This document shows positions 1 to 15,000 of a DNA stretch of 64,000 bases, in pieces. The DNA is from the human T2T-CHM13v2.0 reference genome, Homo sapiens: the NCBI RefSeq assembly GCF_009914755.1, contig NC_060937.1; one strand, written 5' to 3'. The notes beneath the pieces are model-generated. The model made no database searches. It was not told the origin of the DNA and saw only the letters and a program-made list of their open reading frames with translations. The position numbers were made by a program, and so were the translations under genes. Within the stretch, counting starts at the first letter, position 1, and the number at the start of each line of letters is the position of its first letter.

Positions 1-3000
1 ACAGCTATTTCCTTCTCTAACATAGGCTGCAAAGCGCTCCAAATGCTCACTTAGAGAATCTACAAAAAGAGTGTTTCAAAAATTCGCAATCAAAAGAATT
101 GTTCAACTCTGTGAGATGAATGCACAGATCACAAAGAAGTTTCTCAGAGTTCTTCTGTCTAGTTTTTATGTGAAGATATTTCCTTTTCCACCGTAGGCCT
201 CAAAGCACTCCAAATGTCCACCTGCAAATTCTACAAAAAAAGAATTTCAAAACTGCTCAATCAAAAGAATGCTTTAACTCTGTGAGATGAATGCACACAT
301 CACAAAGCTGTTTCTCACATTGGTTCTGTCTAGATTTTATGTGAAGATATTTCCTTTTCTACCAAAGGCCGCAAAGCGATCAAAATGTCCCCTTGCAGAT
401 TCTACAAAAAGATTGTTTCCAAACTGCTCAATCAAAACAAAGTTTAAACTTGGTGAGATGAATGCGTGCATCAAAAAGAAATTTCCTAGAATTCTTCTGT
501 CTAGTTTTTATGTGAAAATATTTCCTTTCCCACTTTAGACCTCAAAGCACTCAAAATATCCACTTGCAGATTCTACAAAAAGAGAGCTTCTAAACTACTC
601 AACCAAAAGAAAGGTTTAACTCTGTGAGAAGTTTCTGAGATTGCTTCTACCTAGATTTTATGTGAAGATACTTCCTTTTCTACCAGAGGCACCAAAGCAC
701 TCCAAAAGTCCACTTGCAGATCCTACAAAAAGAACGTTTCTAAATTGCTCAACCAAAAGGAAGGTTCAACTTTGTGAGATAAACACATACATCACAAAGG
801 AGGTTCTCAGAATTCTTCTGTCTAGTTTTTATGTGAAGATATCTCCTTTTCCACAATAATCCTCAAAACGATCCAAAAGTCCACTTGCAAATTCTACAAA
901 AAGAGTGTTTCAAAATTGCTCAGTCAAAAGAAAGGTTGAAATCTGTGAGATGAATGCACACATGCCAAAGAAGTTTCTCAGATTCCTTCTGTCTAGATTT
1001 TTTGTGAAGATATTACCTTTTCTACCATAGTCTGCATAGCACTGCAAATGTCCCCTTGCAGAATCTCCAAAAAGAGTGTTTTCAAACTGCTGTATCAAAA
1101 GAAAGTTTCAACTCTTTGAGATGAAGGCACACATCACAAAGAATTTTCTCAGAATTCTTCTGTCTAGTTTTTCTGTGAAGATATTTCCTTTTCCACTATA
1201 GGACCAAAAGCGCTACACATGTCCACTTATGGATTCTATAAAAAGAGAGTTTCAAAACTTCTCAATCAAAAGAAAGTTTTAACTATGTGAGATGAATACA
1301 CACATCACAAAGAAGTTTCTTAGATTGCTTCTGACTAGATTTTATGTGAAGATATTTCCTTTTCTACCATTGGCTGCAAAGTGCTCCAAATGTCCATTTG
1401 AAGATTCTACAAAAAGAGTGTTTCTAAACTGCTGAAGCAAAAGAAAGGTTCAAATCTGTGAGATAAACACACACATCACGAAGAAGTTTCTCAGAATTCT
1501 TGTCTAGTTTTTATGTGGAGTTATTTCCTTTCCCACCATAAGCCTCTAAGCGCTCCAAATTTCCACTACCACATTCTACAAAAAGAGAATTTGAAAACTG
1601 ATCAATCAAAAGAAAGCTTTAACTCTGTGAGATGAATGCACGAAACACAGAGAAGTTTCTCAAATTGCTTCTGTCTAGATTTTATGTGAAGATGTTTCCT
1701 TTTCTACCAAAGGCCACAAAGTGCTCAAAATGTCCCTTTGCAGATTCTACAAAAAGATTGTTTCCAAACTGCTCAATCAAAACAAAGGTTCAACTCGGTA
1801 AGATGAACACGTGCATCACAAAGAAGTTTCTCAGAATTCTTCTGTCTAGTTATTATGTGAACATATTTCCCTTTCCACCATAGGCCGCTAAGCGCTCCAA
1901 ATGTCCACTTGCAGATTCTAAAAAAAAGAGTGTTTCCTAACTGCTCAATCAAAAGAAAGGTTCAACTCTGTGAGATGAACACACGCATCCAAAGAAGTTT
2001 CTCAGAATTCTTCCGTCTACTTTTTATGTGAAGATATTTCCTTTTCCAAAATAGGCCTCAAAGCCCTGCAAATGCCCACTTACACATTCTCCAAAAGAGA
2101 GAGTTTCAAAACTCCTCAATCAAAAGAAAGGTGTAACTCTTTGAGATGAATGCACACATCACAAAGAAGTTTCTGAGATTGCTTCTGTCTAGGTTTTATG
2201 TGAAGATACTTCCTTTCCTGCCATAGGCCACAAAGCACTCCAAATGTCCATTTGCATAATGCTCAATCAAAAGATAGTTTCAATTTTGTGAGATGAATGC
2301 ACACATCAGAAAGAAGTTGCTCAAAATTCCTCTATCTAGTTTTTATGTTAAGTTATTTCATTTTCCAGCATAGGCCTCAAGGCACTCGAAATGTCCACTT
2401 CCAGATTCTACAAAAACGGCATTTCTAAACTGGTCCGTCAAAAGAAAATTTCAACTGTGTGAGATGAATGCACACATCACAGAGAAGTTTCTCAGAGTGC
2501 TTCTAACTAGTTTTTATGTGCAGATATTTCTTTTTCCACCATTGGCCTCAAGGCGCTTGAAATGACCACTTGCAGATTCCACAAAAAGAGTATTTCAAAA
2601 CTGGTCCATCAAAAGAAAGACTCAACTCTTGAGATGAATGCACACATCACAAAGAAGTTTCTACGAATGCTTCTATCTAGTTTTTATGTGAAGATATTTC
2701 CTTTTCCACCATAGGTCCCAAAGTGCTCCAAAAGTCCACTTGAAGATGCTACAAAAAGAGAGTTTCAAACCTGCTCAATCAAAAGAAAAGTTGAACACTG
2801 CAAGATGAATGCACACATCACAAAGAAGTTTCTCAGATTGCTTCTGTCTAGATTTTATGTGAAGGTATTTCCTTTCCTAGCATTGGCAGCAAAGCGATCC
2901 AAATGTCCACTTGCAGATTCTACAAAAAGATAGTTTCAAAACTGCTCAATCAAAAGAAAGTTTCAGCTCTGTGAGATGTATGCCCACATCACAATGAAGT

Positions 3001-6000
3001 TTCTCAAAATTCTTCTGTCTAGTTTTTATATGAAGACATTTCCTTTTCCACCTTAGGCCTCATGGCACTCGAAATATCCACTTGTAGATTCTACAAAAAC
3101 CATATTTCAAAACTTGTCCTTCAAAAGAAACATTCAACTCTAGGAGATGAATGCGCACATCACACAGAACATTCTGAGATTGTTTCTGTCTAGATTTTAT
3201 GTGAAGATATTTCCTTTTCTACCATAGGCCACAAAGCACTCCAAATGTCCACTTGTAGATTCTACAAAAAGAGTGTTACCAAACTGCTGAATTAAAAGAA
3301 AGGTTCAAGTCTGTCAGATGAATGCAAGCATCACAAAGAAGTTTCTCAGAATACTTCTGTCTAATTTTTATGTGAAGATATTTCATTTTCCATCATTGGC
3401 CTCAGGGAACTTGAAATGTCCACTTGAAGATTCTACGAAAAGAGGATTTCAAAACTGCTCTAACAAAAGAATGGTTTGTCTCTGGGAGATGAATGCACAC
3501 ACAACAAAGAAGTTTCTCAGAATGCTTCTATCTAGTTTTTATGTGAAGATATTTCCTTTTCCACTATAGGAGTCAAAGCGCTACAAATGTCCACCTGCAG
3601 ATTATATAAAAAGAGAGTTTCAAAACTGCACAATCAGAAGGAAGGTTTAACTGTGAGATGAATGCACACATCACAAGGAAGTTTCTCCGATTGCTTCTGT
3701 CTAGATTTTATGTGAATATATTTCCTTTTCAACCATAAGCCGCAAAGCACTATGAATGTCCACTTGTAGATTCTACAAAAACAGTGTTTCCATACTGCTT
3801 GATCAAAAGAAAGGTTCAATTCTGTGAGATGAAAGAAGTTTCTCAGAATTCTTCTGTTTAGTTTTCATGTGAAGGTATTTCCTTTTCCACCATAGGCCTC
3901 GAGATGCTCCATATGTCCACTTGCAGATTCTACAAAAGGAGAGTTTCAAAACTGCTCAAAAAAAAAAAGGTTCAACTCTGTGAGATGAAAGCACACATCA
4001 CAAAGAAGTTTGTCAGATTGCTTCTGTCTACATTTTATATGAAGATATTTCTTTTTCTACAATAGGCTGCAAAGCACTAGAAATGTCCACCAGCAGATTC
4101 TACAAAAAGAGTGTTTCCAAACTGCTCAGTCAAAGAAAGTTTCAAATCTGTGAGATGAACGCACACATCACAAAGAAGTTTCTCAGAAATCTTCTGTCTA
4201 GTTTTTTGTGAAGATATTTCCTTTTCCACCATAGGCCTCAAAGTGCTCCAAAATTCCACTTGCTGATTCTAAAAAAAGAGTATTTCAAAACTAGTCCTTC
4301 AAAAGAGAGTTTCAACTCTGGGAGATAAATGCACAAATCACAAAGTTGTTTCTCAGAATTCTCCTGTCTACTTTTAATGTGAAGATATTTCCTTTTCTAT
4401 CATTGTCTGCAAAGTGCTCCAAATGTCCACTTGCAGATTCTACAAAAAGAGTGTTTCCTAACTGCTCAATCAAAAGAAAGTTTCAGCTCTGTGAGATCAA
4501 TGCTCACATCACAAAGAAGTTTCTCAGAATTCTTCTTTCTAGTTTTTAGGTAAAGATATTTCCTTTTCCACCATAGGCCTCAAAGCACTCCAAATATTCA
4601 CTTGCAGATTCTAAAAAAAACAGACTTTCAAAACTGCTCAATCAAAAGAAAGGTTTAACTCTGTGAGATGAATGCACACACCACAAAGAAGTTTCTCAGA
4701 TTGCTTTTGTCTAGATTTTATGTGAAGATATTTCCTTTTCTACCATAGGTCTCAAAGTGCCGCAAATGTTCACTTACAGACTCTACAAAGGAGTGTTTCC
4801 AAACTGCTCATTCAAAAGAAACTTTCAACTCTGTGAGTTGAATGCATACATCACAAAGAAGTTTGTCAGATTATTTCTGTCTTGATTTTATGTGAAGGTA
4901 TTTCCTTTTCTACCATAGGCCACGAAGTGCTCCAAATGTCCACTTTCAGATTCTACAAAAGGAGTGTTTCCAAACTGCTCAATCAAAAGAAAGGTTCAAC
5001 TCTGTGAGATGAACGCACCTATCACAAAGAAGTTTCCCATAATTCTTCTAATTTTTGTGTGAAGATATTTCTTTTTCTACTGTAGGCCTCAAAGCGTTCC
5101 AAATGTCCACTTGCAGATTCTACAAAAAGAGAGATTCAAAACTGCTCAATCAAAAGAAAGGTTTAAGTGTGTAAGATGAATGCGCACATCACAAAGATGT
5201 TCCCCAGATTGCTTCTGTCTAGATTTTATGTGAACATACTTCCTTTTCAACCATTGGCCTCAAAGTGCTCTAAATGTCCACTTGAAGATACTACAAAAAG
5301 ATAGTTTAAATACTGCTCAATCAAAAGAAAGGCTTAATTCTGTGAGATAAAGGCACACATCTCAAAGAAGTTTCTCAGAATTCTTCTGTCTAGTTTTTAT
5401 GTGAAGATATTTCATTTTCCACCATAGGCATCAAGTGTCTTTAGATGTCCAATTGCAGATTCTACAAAAAAGACTATTTCAAAGCTGGTCCATCAAAAGA
5501 AAGATTCAACTCTGGGAGATGAATGCATACAGCACAACGTAGTTTTTCAGAATTTCTCTGTCTAGTTTTTATTTGAAGATATTACCCTTTCCACAGTAGG
5601 CCTCAAAGCGCTCCAAATGTCCACTTGCAGATTCCACAAAAAGAGAGTTTCTAAACTGCTCTATCAAAAGAAACATTTAACTCTGTGAGATGAATGTACA
5701 CATCACAAAGAAGTATCTCAGACTGCTTCTGTCTAGATATTATGTAAAGATGTTTCCTTTTCTACCATAGGACACTAAGCACTCCAAATGTCCCCTTGCA
5801 GATTCTGGAAAAAGAGTGTTTCCGAACTGCTCAGTCAAAAGAAAGTTTCAACTCTGTGAGATGAACGCACACATCACCAAGAAGTTTCTCAGAATTCTTC
5901 TGTCTAGTTTTAATGTGAAGATATTTCCTTTTCCACTATAGGCCTCAAAGCACCTTAAATGCCCACTTGCAGATTCTACAAAAAGAGAGTTTCAAAACTG

Positions 6001-9000
6001 CTCATTCAAAAGGTTTAACTCTCTGTGATGAATGCAGACATAACAAAGGTGTTTCTCAGACTGATTCTGCCTAGATTTTATGTGAAGGTATTTCCTTTTC
6101 TACCATAGGCCACAAAGCTCTTCAAATGTCCAATTGCAGCTTCTAAAGAAAGGGTGTTTCCAAACTGCTCAGTCAAAAGAAATGTTCAATTCTGTGAAAT
6201 GAATGCAGGCATCACAAAGAAGTTTCTCAGATAGCTGCTGCCTAGATTTTATGTGAAGAAACTTCGTTTTCTACCACAGGCAGTGAAGCCCTCCAAATGT
6301 CCACCTGAAGATTCTTCAAAAAGAGAGTTTCAAAACTGCTCAATCAAATGTTTAACTCTGAGAGATGAACACACACATCACAAAGAAGTTTCTCAGAATG
6401 CTTTTGTCCAGTAATTATGTAAAGATAATTCGTTAACCACCATATGCCTCAAAGCACTTCAAATATCCACTTGCAGATTTTACAAAAGAGAGTTTCAAAA
6501 CTGCTCTATGAAAAGAAAGATTCAACTCTGTGAGATGAATGCACACATCACAAAGAAGTTTGTCAGGTTGCTTCTGTCTAGATTTTATGTGACGATATTT
6601 CCTTTTCTACCATAGCCCACAAAGTGCTCCTAATGTCCACTTGCAGAGTCTACAAAAAGAGTGTTCCCAAACCGCTCAATCAAAAGTAAGGTTCAACTCT
6701 GTGAGATGAACGCACACATCACAAAGGAGTTTCTCAGAATTCTTCCATCTAGTTTTTATGTGAAGATATTTCCTTTTCCACCACAGGCCTCAAAGTGCTC
6801 CAAATGTCCACTTGCAGTTTGTACAAAAAGAGAGATTCAAAATTGCTCCATTAAAAGGAAGGTTTTACTCTGTGAGATGAATGCACACATCACAAAGATG
6901 TTTCTCAGATTGCTTCTGTCTAGATTTTACGTGAAGATATTTCCTTTTCTACCATAGGCTGCAAAGCACTCCAAATGTCCACTTGAAGATTCTACAAAAA
7001 GAGTGTTTCCAAACTGCTCAATTAAAAGAAAGGTTCAACTCTGTGAGATGAACACACACATCACAAAGAAGTTTCTCAGAATTCTTCTGTCTGGTTTTTA
7101 TGTGAAGATATTTCATTTTCCACCATAGGCCTCAAGGCACTCGAAATGTCCACTTGCAGATTCTACAAAAAGAGTATTTCAAAACTTGTCCATCAAAGAA
7201 AGTTTCAACTCTGGGACATGAATGAAAGCATCACAAAGAAGTTTCTGAGAATGCTTCTATCTCGTTTTCTTTGTGAAGATATTTCCTTTTCCTACATAGG
7301 CCTCAAATTCCTCCAAATGTCCACTTGCAGATTCTACAAAAAGAGAGTTTCAAAATTCCTCAATCAGTAGAAAGGTTTAACTCTGTGAGATGAATGCACA
7401 CATCACAAACAAGTTTCTCAGATTTCTTCTGTCTAGATTTTATGTGAAGTTATTTCCTTTTCTACCATAGGCCACGAAGTGCTCCATATGTCCACTTGCA
7501 GATTGTACAAAAAGCTTGTTTTGCAAACTGCTCAATCAAAAGAAAGATTCAACTCTGTGAGATGAAACCACACATCACAAAGAAATTTCACGTTATTATT
7601 CTGTCTAGATTTTATGTGACTATTTCTTTTTACACCATAGGCCTCAAGGCACTCGAAATGTCCACTTGCAGATTATACAAAAAGAGTATTTCAAAACTGG
7701 TCCGTTAAAAGAAAGGTTTAACTGTGCGAGATGAATGCACGCATCACAAAGAAGTTTCTCAGGTTGCTTCTGTCTATATTTTATATGAAGATATTTCCTT
7801 TTTTAACACAGGCCACAAAGCGCTCCAAATATCCACTTGCAGAATCTACAAAAGAGTGTTTCCAAACTGCTCAATCAAAAGAAATCTTCAACTCCATGAG
7901 ATGAACGCACGCATCGGAAAGAAGTTTCTCAGATTCTTCTCTCTAGTTTTTATGTGAAGATATTAAGTTTTCCACCATAGGCCTCAAAGCGATCCAAATG
8001 TCTACTTGCAGATACTACAAAAAGAAAGTTTCAAAATTGCTCAATCAAAAGAAAGGGTTAATTCTGTGACATGAATGCACACATCACAAAGTAGTTTCTC
8101 CTATTTTTTCTGTCTAAATTTTATGTGAAGATATTTTCTTTTCTATCATAGGCCGCGAAGTGCTCCAAGTGTCCACTTGCAGATTCTACAATGAGGGTTT
8201 CCAAACTGCTCAATCAAAAGAAAGGTTCAACTCTGTGAGATGAACGCACACATCACAAGGAGTTTCTCAGAAATCTTCTGTCTATTTTTTATGTGAAGGT
8301 ATTTCCTTTTCCACCATAGGCCTCAAAGCGCTCAAATGTCCACTTGCAGATTCTCCAAAAAGAGTGTTTCTAATCTGCTCAATCAAAAGAAAGGTTCAAC
8401 ACTGTGAAATAAATGGACACATCACAAAGAAGTTTATCAGAATTCTTCTGTCTAGTTTTTATGTGAAGATATTTCCTTTTCCACCACAGGCCTCAAAGGG
8501 CTCCAAATGTCCACTTGCAGATTCTACAAAAGAGAGTCTCAAAAATGCTCAATCATAAGAAAGTTTTAACACTGTGAGATGAATGCACACATCACAAAGA
8601 AGTTTCTCAGATTGCTTTGGTCTAGACTTTATGTGAAGATATTTCCTTTTCTACCATAGGCCGCAAAGTGCTCCAAATGTCCAGTTGCAGATTCTACAAA
8701 AATCATGTTTCCAAACTGCTCAATCAAAAGAAAGTTTCAACTCTGTGAGATGAACCCACATATCACAAAGACGTTTCTCAGAATTTTTCTGTCTAGTTTT
8801 TATATGAAGATATTTCATTTTCCACCATAGGTCTCAAGGCACTCGAAATCTCCACTTGCAGATTCTACAAAAAGCATATGTCAAAACTGATCCATGAATA
8901 GAAATGTTCAACTCTGGGAGATAAAAGTACACATCACAAAGAAGTTTCTCAGATTGCTTCTGTCTAGATTTTATGTGAAGATATTTCATTTTCTACCAAA

Positions 9001-12000
9001 GGCCGCAAAGTGCTCCAAATGTCCTCTTGCAAATTCTACAAAAAGGGTGTTTCCAACCTGGTCAACCAAAAGAAAAGTTCAATTCTCTGAGATGAATGCA
9101 CGCATCACAAAAAAGTTTCTCAGAATTTTTCTGTCTCGTTTTTGTGTGAAGATATTTCCTTTTCCACCATAGGCCGCAAAGCGCTCAAAATGTCCACTTG
9201 CAGATTCTACAAAAATAGAGTTTCCAAACCGCCCCATCAAAAGAAAGCTCTCACTCTGTGAATTGAATGCACACATCAAAAAGACGTTTCTCAGATTGCT
9301 TCTATTAGATTTTATGTGAAGATATTTACTTTTCTACCATAGGCCACAACGTGCTCCAAATGTCAACTTGCAGATTCTACAAAAAGTGTGTTTCCAAACT
9401 GCTCTATCAAAATAAAGGTTCAACTCTGCGAGATGAATGCACACATCACAAAGGAGTTTCTCAGAATTCTTCTGTCTAGTTTTTATATGCAGATATTTTC
9501 TTTTCCACCATAGGCCTCAAGCGCTATAGATGTCCACTTGCAGATTCTTCAAAAAGAGAGTTTCAAAACGACTCAATCAAAAGAAAGCTTTACCTCTATG
9601 AGATGAATGTACACATCACAAAGTAGTTTCTCAGATTGATTCTGTCTACGTTTTATGTGAAGATATTATCTTTTGTACCATCGGCCACAAACTGCTCCAA
9701 ATGTCCACTTGCAGATTCTACTAAAAGAGTGTTTCCAAACTGCTTAATCAAAACCAAGTTCAACTCTGTGACATGAACCACACATCACAAAGAAGTTTCT
9801 CGAAGTTATTTCCTTTCCTACCATAATCTGCAAAGCGTTCCAAATGTCCCCTTGCGGATGATACAAAAAGAGTGTTTCCAAACTGCTCAATCAAAAGAAA
9901 GGTTTAACTCTGTGAGATGAACACACGCATCTTGAAGAAATTTGTCAGAATTCTTCTGTCTAGTCTTAATGTGAAGATATTTCCTTTTCCACCATACGCC
10001 ACAAAGCGCTCCAAATGTCCACTTGCAGATTCTACAAAAAGAGAGTTTCAAAACTGTTCAATCAAAAGAAAGGTTTAACTCTCTGAGATGAATGCATACA
10101 TCAGAAATAAGTTTCTCAGATTGCTTCTGTCTAGATTTTACGAGAGGATAATTCCTTTTCTGCCATAGGCCGCAAAGTGCTCCAAATGTCCACATGTATA
10201 TTTCACAAAAAGAGTGTTTCCAAACTGCTCAAACAAAAGAAAGTTTCCACTCTGTGAGATGAACGCAAACATCACAAAGAAGCTTCTCAGAATTATTCTG
10301 TCTAGTTTTTATGTAAAGATATTTCCTTTTCCACCATAGGTCTCAAAGTGTTCCAAATGTCCACTTGCAGATTCTACAAAAAGAGAGTTTCAAAACTTCT
10401 CAATCAAAATAAAAGTTTAACTCTGTGAGATGAGTTCACACATCATGAAGAAGTTTCTCAGATTGCTTCTGTCTAGATTTTATGTGAAGATATTTCATTT
10501 TCTACCATAGGCCACAAAGCGCACCAAATGCCCACTAACAGATTCTACAAAAAGAGTGTTTCCAAACTGCTCAATCAAAAGAAAGGTTCAACTCTGTGAG
10601 ATGAACTCACGCATCTCAAAGTAGTTTGTCAGAATTCTTCTGTCTAGTTTTTATGTGAAGATATTTCCTTTTCCACCATAGGCCTCAATGCGCTCCAAAT
10701 GTCCACTTCCAGATTCTACAAAAAGAGAGTTTCAAAACTGCTGAATGAAAAGAAAGGTTTAACTCTGTGAGATGAATGCACACATCACAAAGAAGTTTCT
10801 CAGATTTCTTCTGTCTAGATTTTATGTGAAGGTTTTTCATTTTCTACCATAGGACACAAAGCGCACCAAATGTCCATTTGCAGATACTACAAAAAGTGTT
10901 TCGAAACTGCTCAATCAAAAGAAATGTTCAACTCTGTGACATGAATGCACGCATCTCAAAGAAGTTTGTCAGAATTCTTCTGCCTAGTTTTTATGTGAAG
11001 ATATTTCCTTTTCCACCATAGGCTTCAAAGCGCTCCAAAGGCCCACTTGCAGATTCTACAAAAAGTCTCAAAACTGCTCAATCAAAATAAAGGGTTAACT
11101 CTGTGAGATGAATGCTCAAATCACAAACAAGTTTCTGAGACTGTTTCTGTCTAGATTTTATGTGAAGATATTTCCTTTTATTCAATAGGCTGCAAAGGAC
11201 ACCAAATATCCACTTGCAGATTCTACAAAAAGAGTGTTTCAAAACTGCTCAATCAGAAGAAAGGTTTAAATCTGTGAGACGAATGCACTCATCACAAAGA
11301 CGTTTCTCAGATTGCTTCTGTCTACATTTTATGTGAAGAAATTTCCTTTTGAACCATAAGGCTCAATGCGCTCCAAATGTCCACTTGCAGATTCTACAAA
11401 AAGAGTGTTGTCAAACTGCTCAATCAAAAGAAAGTTTCAACTCTGTGAGATGAACACACATATAATGCAGAGGTTTCTCAGAATTCTTCTGTCTAGTTTT
11501 TATGTCAAGATGTTTCCTTTTCCACCATAGGCCTCAAAGTGCTCCAAATGTCCACTTGCAGATTATACATAAAGAGAGTTTCACAACTGCTCAAAGGAAA
11601 TATTTACCTCTGTGAGATGAATGCACACATCACAAAAAAGTTTCTCTGATTGCTTCTGTCTAGATTTTATATGAAGGTATTTCCTTTTCTAACATAGGCC
11701 GCAGAGTGCTCCAAATGTCCAGTTGCAGATTGTATAAAAAAAGTGTTTCCAAACTGCTCAATCAAAAGAGAGGTTCAACTCTGTGAGATGAACGCACATA
11801 TGAGAAAGAAGTTTCTCAGAATTCTTCTGTCTAGTTTTTTTTGTGAAGATATTCCTTTTCCATCATAGTTCTCAAAGAGCTATAAATGTCCACTTGCAGA
11901 TTCTACAAAAAGAGAGTTTCAAAACTGCTGAATCAAAAGAAAGGTTTAACTCTGTGAGATGAATGCACACATCGCAAAGAAGTTTCTCAGGTTGCTTCTG

Positions 12001-15000
12001 TCTAGGTTTTATGTGAAGATATTTCCTTTTCTACCATAGGCCGTAAAGCACTCTAAATGTCCACTTGCAGATTCTACAAAAAGATTGTTTCCAAACTGCT
12101 CAATCAAAAGAAAGTTTCAACTCTGTGAGATGAACGCACAGATCACCAAGAAATTTATCAGAATTCTTCTGTCTAGTTTTTATGGGAAGATATTTCCTTT
12201 TCCACCATAGGCCTAAAACCTCTCCAAATGTCCATTTGCAGATTCTACAAAAAGAGAGTTCCAAAACTGCTCAATCAAAAAAAAGTTTTAACTCTGTGAG
12301 ATGAATGTACACATCACAAAGAAGTTTCTCAGATTGCTTTTGTCTAGATTTTATGTGAAGATATTTCCTTTTCTACCATAGGCCTCAAAGCACTCCAAAT
12401 GTCCACTTGCAGATTCTAAAAAATAGAGTTTCAAGACAGCTCAATCAAAAGAAATGTTTAACTCTGTGAGATGAATGCACACATCACAAAGCAGTTTCTC
12501 AGATTGCTTCTGTCTGAATTTTATGTAAAGATATTTCCTTTTCTACCATAGGCCACAAAGTGCTCCAAATGGCCACTTGCAGATTCTACAAAAAGATGGT
12601 TTCCAAACAGCTCAATCAAAAGAAACGTTCCACTCTGTGTGATGAGTGCACACATCACAAAGAAGTTTCTCAGTATTCTTTCTAGTTTATATGTGAAGAT
12701 ATTTCCATTTCCACATTGGTCTCCAACCGCTCCAAATGTACACTTCTAGATTCTACAAAACAGAGTTTCAAAAATGCTCAATCAAAAGCAATGTTTAACA
12801 CTGTGAGATGAATGCACATATCACAAAGAATTTTCTCATATTGCTTCTGTCTACATTTTATGTGAAGGTATTTCCTTTTCTACCATAGGCCGCAAAGTGC
12901 TCTAAATCTCCCCTTGCAGATTCTACAAAAAGAGTGTTTCCAAACTACTCAATCAAAATAAAGTTTCAACTCAGTGAGATGAACACACACATCACAAGGA
13001 AGTTTGTCAGAAATCTTCTGTCTAGTTTTTATGTGAAGATATTTCTGTTTCCACCATAGACCACAAAGCACTCCAAATGTCCACTTGCAGATTCTACAAA
13101 AAGAGAGTTTCAAAACTGCTCAATCAAATGAAGTTTTAACTCTCTGAGTTGAATGCACACATTACAAAGAAGTTTCTCAGATTTCTACTGTCTAGATTTT
13201 ATATGAAGATATTTCATTTTCTTCCGTAGGCCAAAAAGCACTCCGAATGTCCACTTGCAGATTCTACAAAAAGACTGTTTCCAAGCTGCTCAATCAAAAG
13301 AAAGTTTCAACTCTGTGAGATGAACGCACACATCACCAAGAAGTTTGTCAGAATTATTCTCTCTAGTTTTTATGTGAAGTTAAATTCCTTTTCCACCATA
13401 GGCCTCAAAGCGCTCCAAATGAAAATTTGCAGATTCTACAAAAAGAGGTTTTCAACACTGCTCAATCAAAAGAAAGGCTCAATTCTGTGAGATGAACGCT
13501 CACATCACAAAGAAATTTGTCTGAATTCTTCTCTCTAGTTGTTATGTGAAGATATTTCCTCTTCCACCATAGGCCTGAAAGTACTCCAAACGTCCATTTG
13601 CAGATTTTACAAAAAGAGAGTATCAATACTGCTCTATCAAAAGGAAGTTTTAACTCTGTGAGACGAATGCACACATCCCAAAGAAATTTCTCAGATTGCT
13701 TCTGTCTAGATTTAATGTGAAGATATTTCCTTTTCTACCATAGTCCGCAAAGCGCTCCAAATGTCCACTTGCACATTCTACAAAAAGAGTGATTCCAAAC
13801 TGCTCAATCAAAAGCAAGGTTCAACTCTGTGAGATGAATGCACACATCACAAAGAAGTTTCTCAGATTGCTTCTGTCTAGGTTTTATGTGAAGATATTTC
13901 CTTTTCTACCTTAGGCCCCAAAGCGCTCCAAGTGTTCACTTGCAGATTTTACAAAAAGAGTGTTTCCAAACTGCTCAATCAAAGGGAAGTTTCAACTCTG
14001 TGAGATGAACACACACATCACAAAGAAGTTTATCAGAATTCTTCTGTCTAGTTTTTATGGGAAGATTTTTCCTTTTCCACCATAGGCCTAAAAGTGCTCC
14101 AAATTTTCACTTGCAGTTTCTACAAAAAGAGAGTTTCAAAACTGCTCAATCAAAAAAAAGTTTTAACTCTGTGAGATGAAAGCACACATCACAAAGATGT
14201 TTCTCAGATTGCTTTTGTCTAGATTTTATGTGAAGATGTTTCTTTTACTACCATAGGCCTCAAAGCGCTCCAAATGTCCACTTGCAGATTCTACAAAATA
14301 GAGTTTCAGGACAGCTCAATCAAAAGAAAAGTTGAACTCTGTGAAATGAATGGGCACATCACAAAGAAGTTTCTCAGATTGCTTCTGTCTGAATTTTATG
14401 TGAAGATATTTCCTTTTCTACCATAGGCCACAAAGTGCTCCAAATGTCCACTTGCAGATTCTACAAAAAGAGTGTTTCCAAACAGCTCAATCAAAAGAAA
14501 AGTTCCACTCTGTGAGATGAACGCACACATCACAAAGAAGTTTCTCAGTATTCTTCAATCTGGTTTTTATGTGAAGATATTTTCTTTTCCACATTGTCCT
14601 CAAACTGCTCCAAATGTACACTTCCAGATTCTACAAAAACAGAGTTTAAAAAATGCTCTGTCAAAAGCAATGTTTAAGTCTCTGAGATGAATGCACACAT
14701 CACAAAGAATTTTCTCATATTGCTTCTGTCTAGATTTTATGTGCAGGTATTTCCTTTTCTACCACTGGCTGCAAAGCGCTCCAAATCTCCACTTGCAGAT
14801 TCTGCAAAAGGAGTGCTTCCAAAATGCTCAATCAAAATGAAGGTTCAACTCAGTGAGATGAACGCACACATCACAAAGAAGTTTCTCAGAATTCTTCTGT
14901 CTAGTATTTAGGTGAAGATATTTCCTTTTCCACAATAGGCCTAAAAGCGCTCCAAATGTCCACTTGCAGATTCTACAAAAAGAGAGTTTCAAAACTGCTC

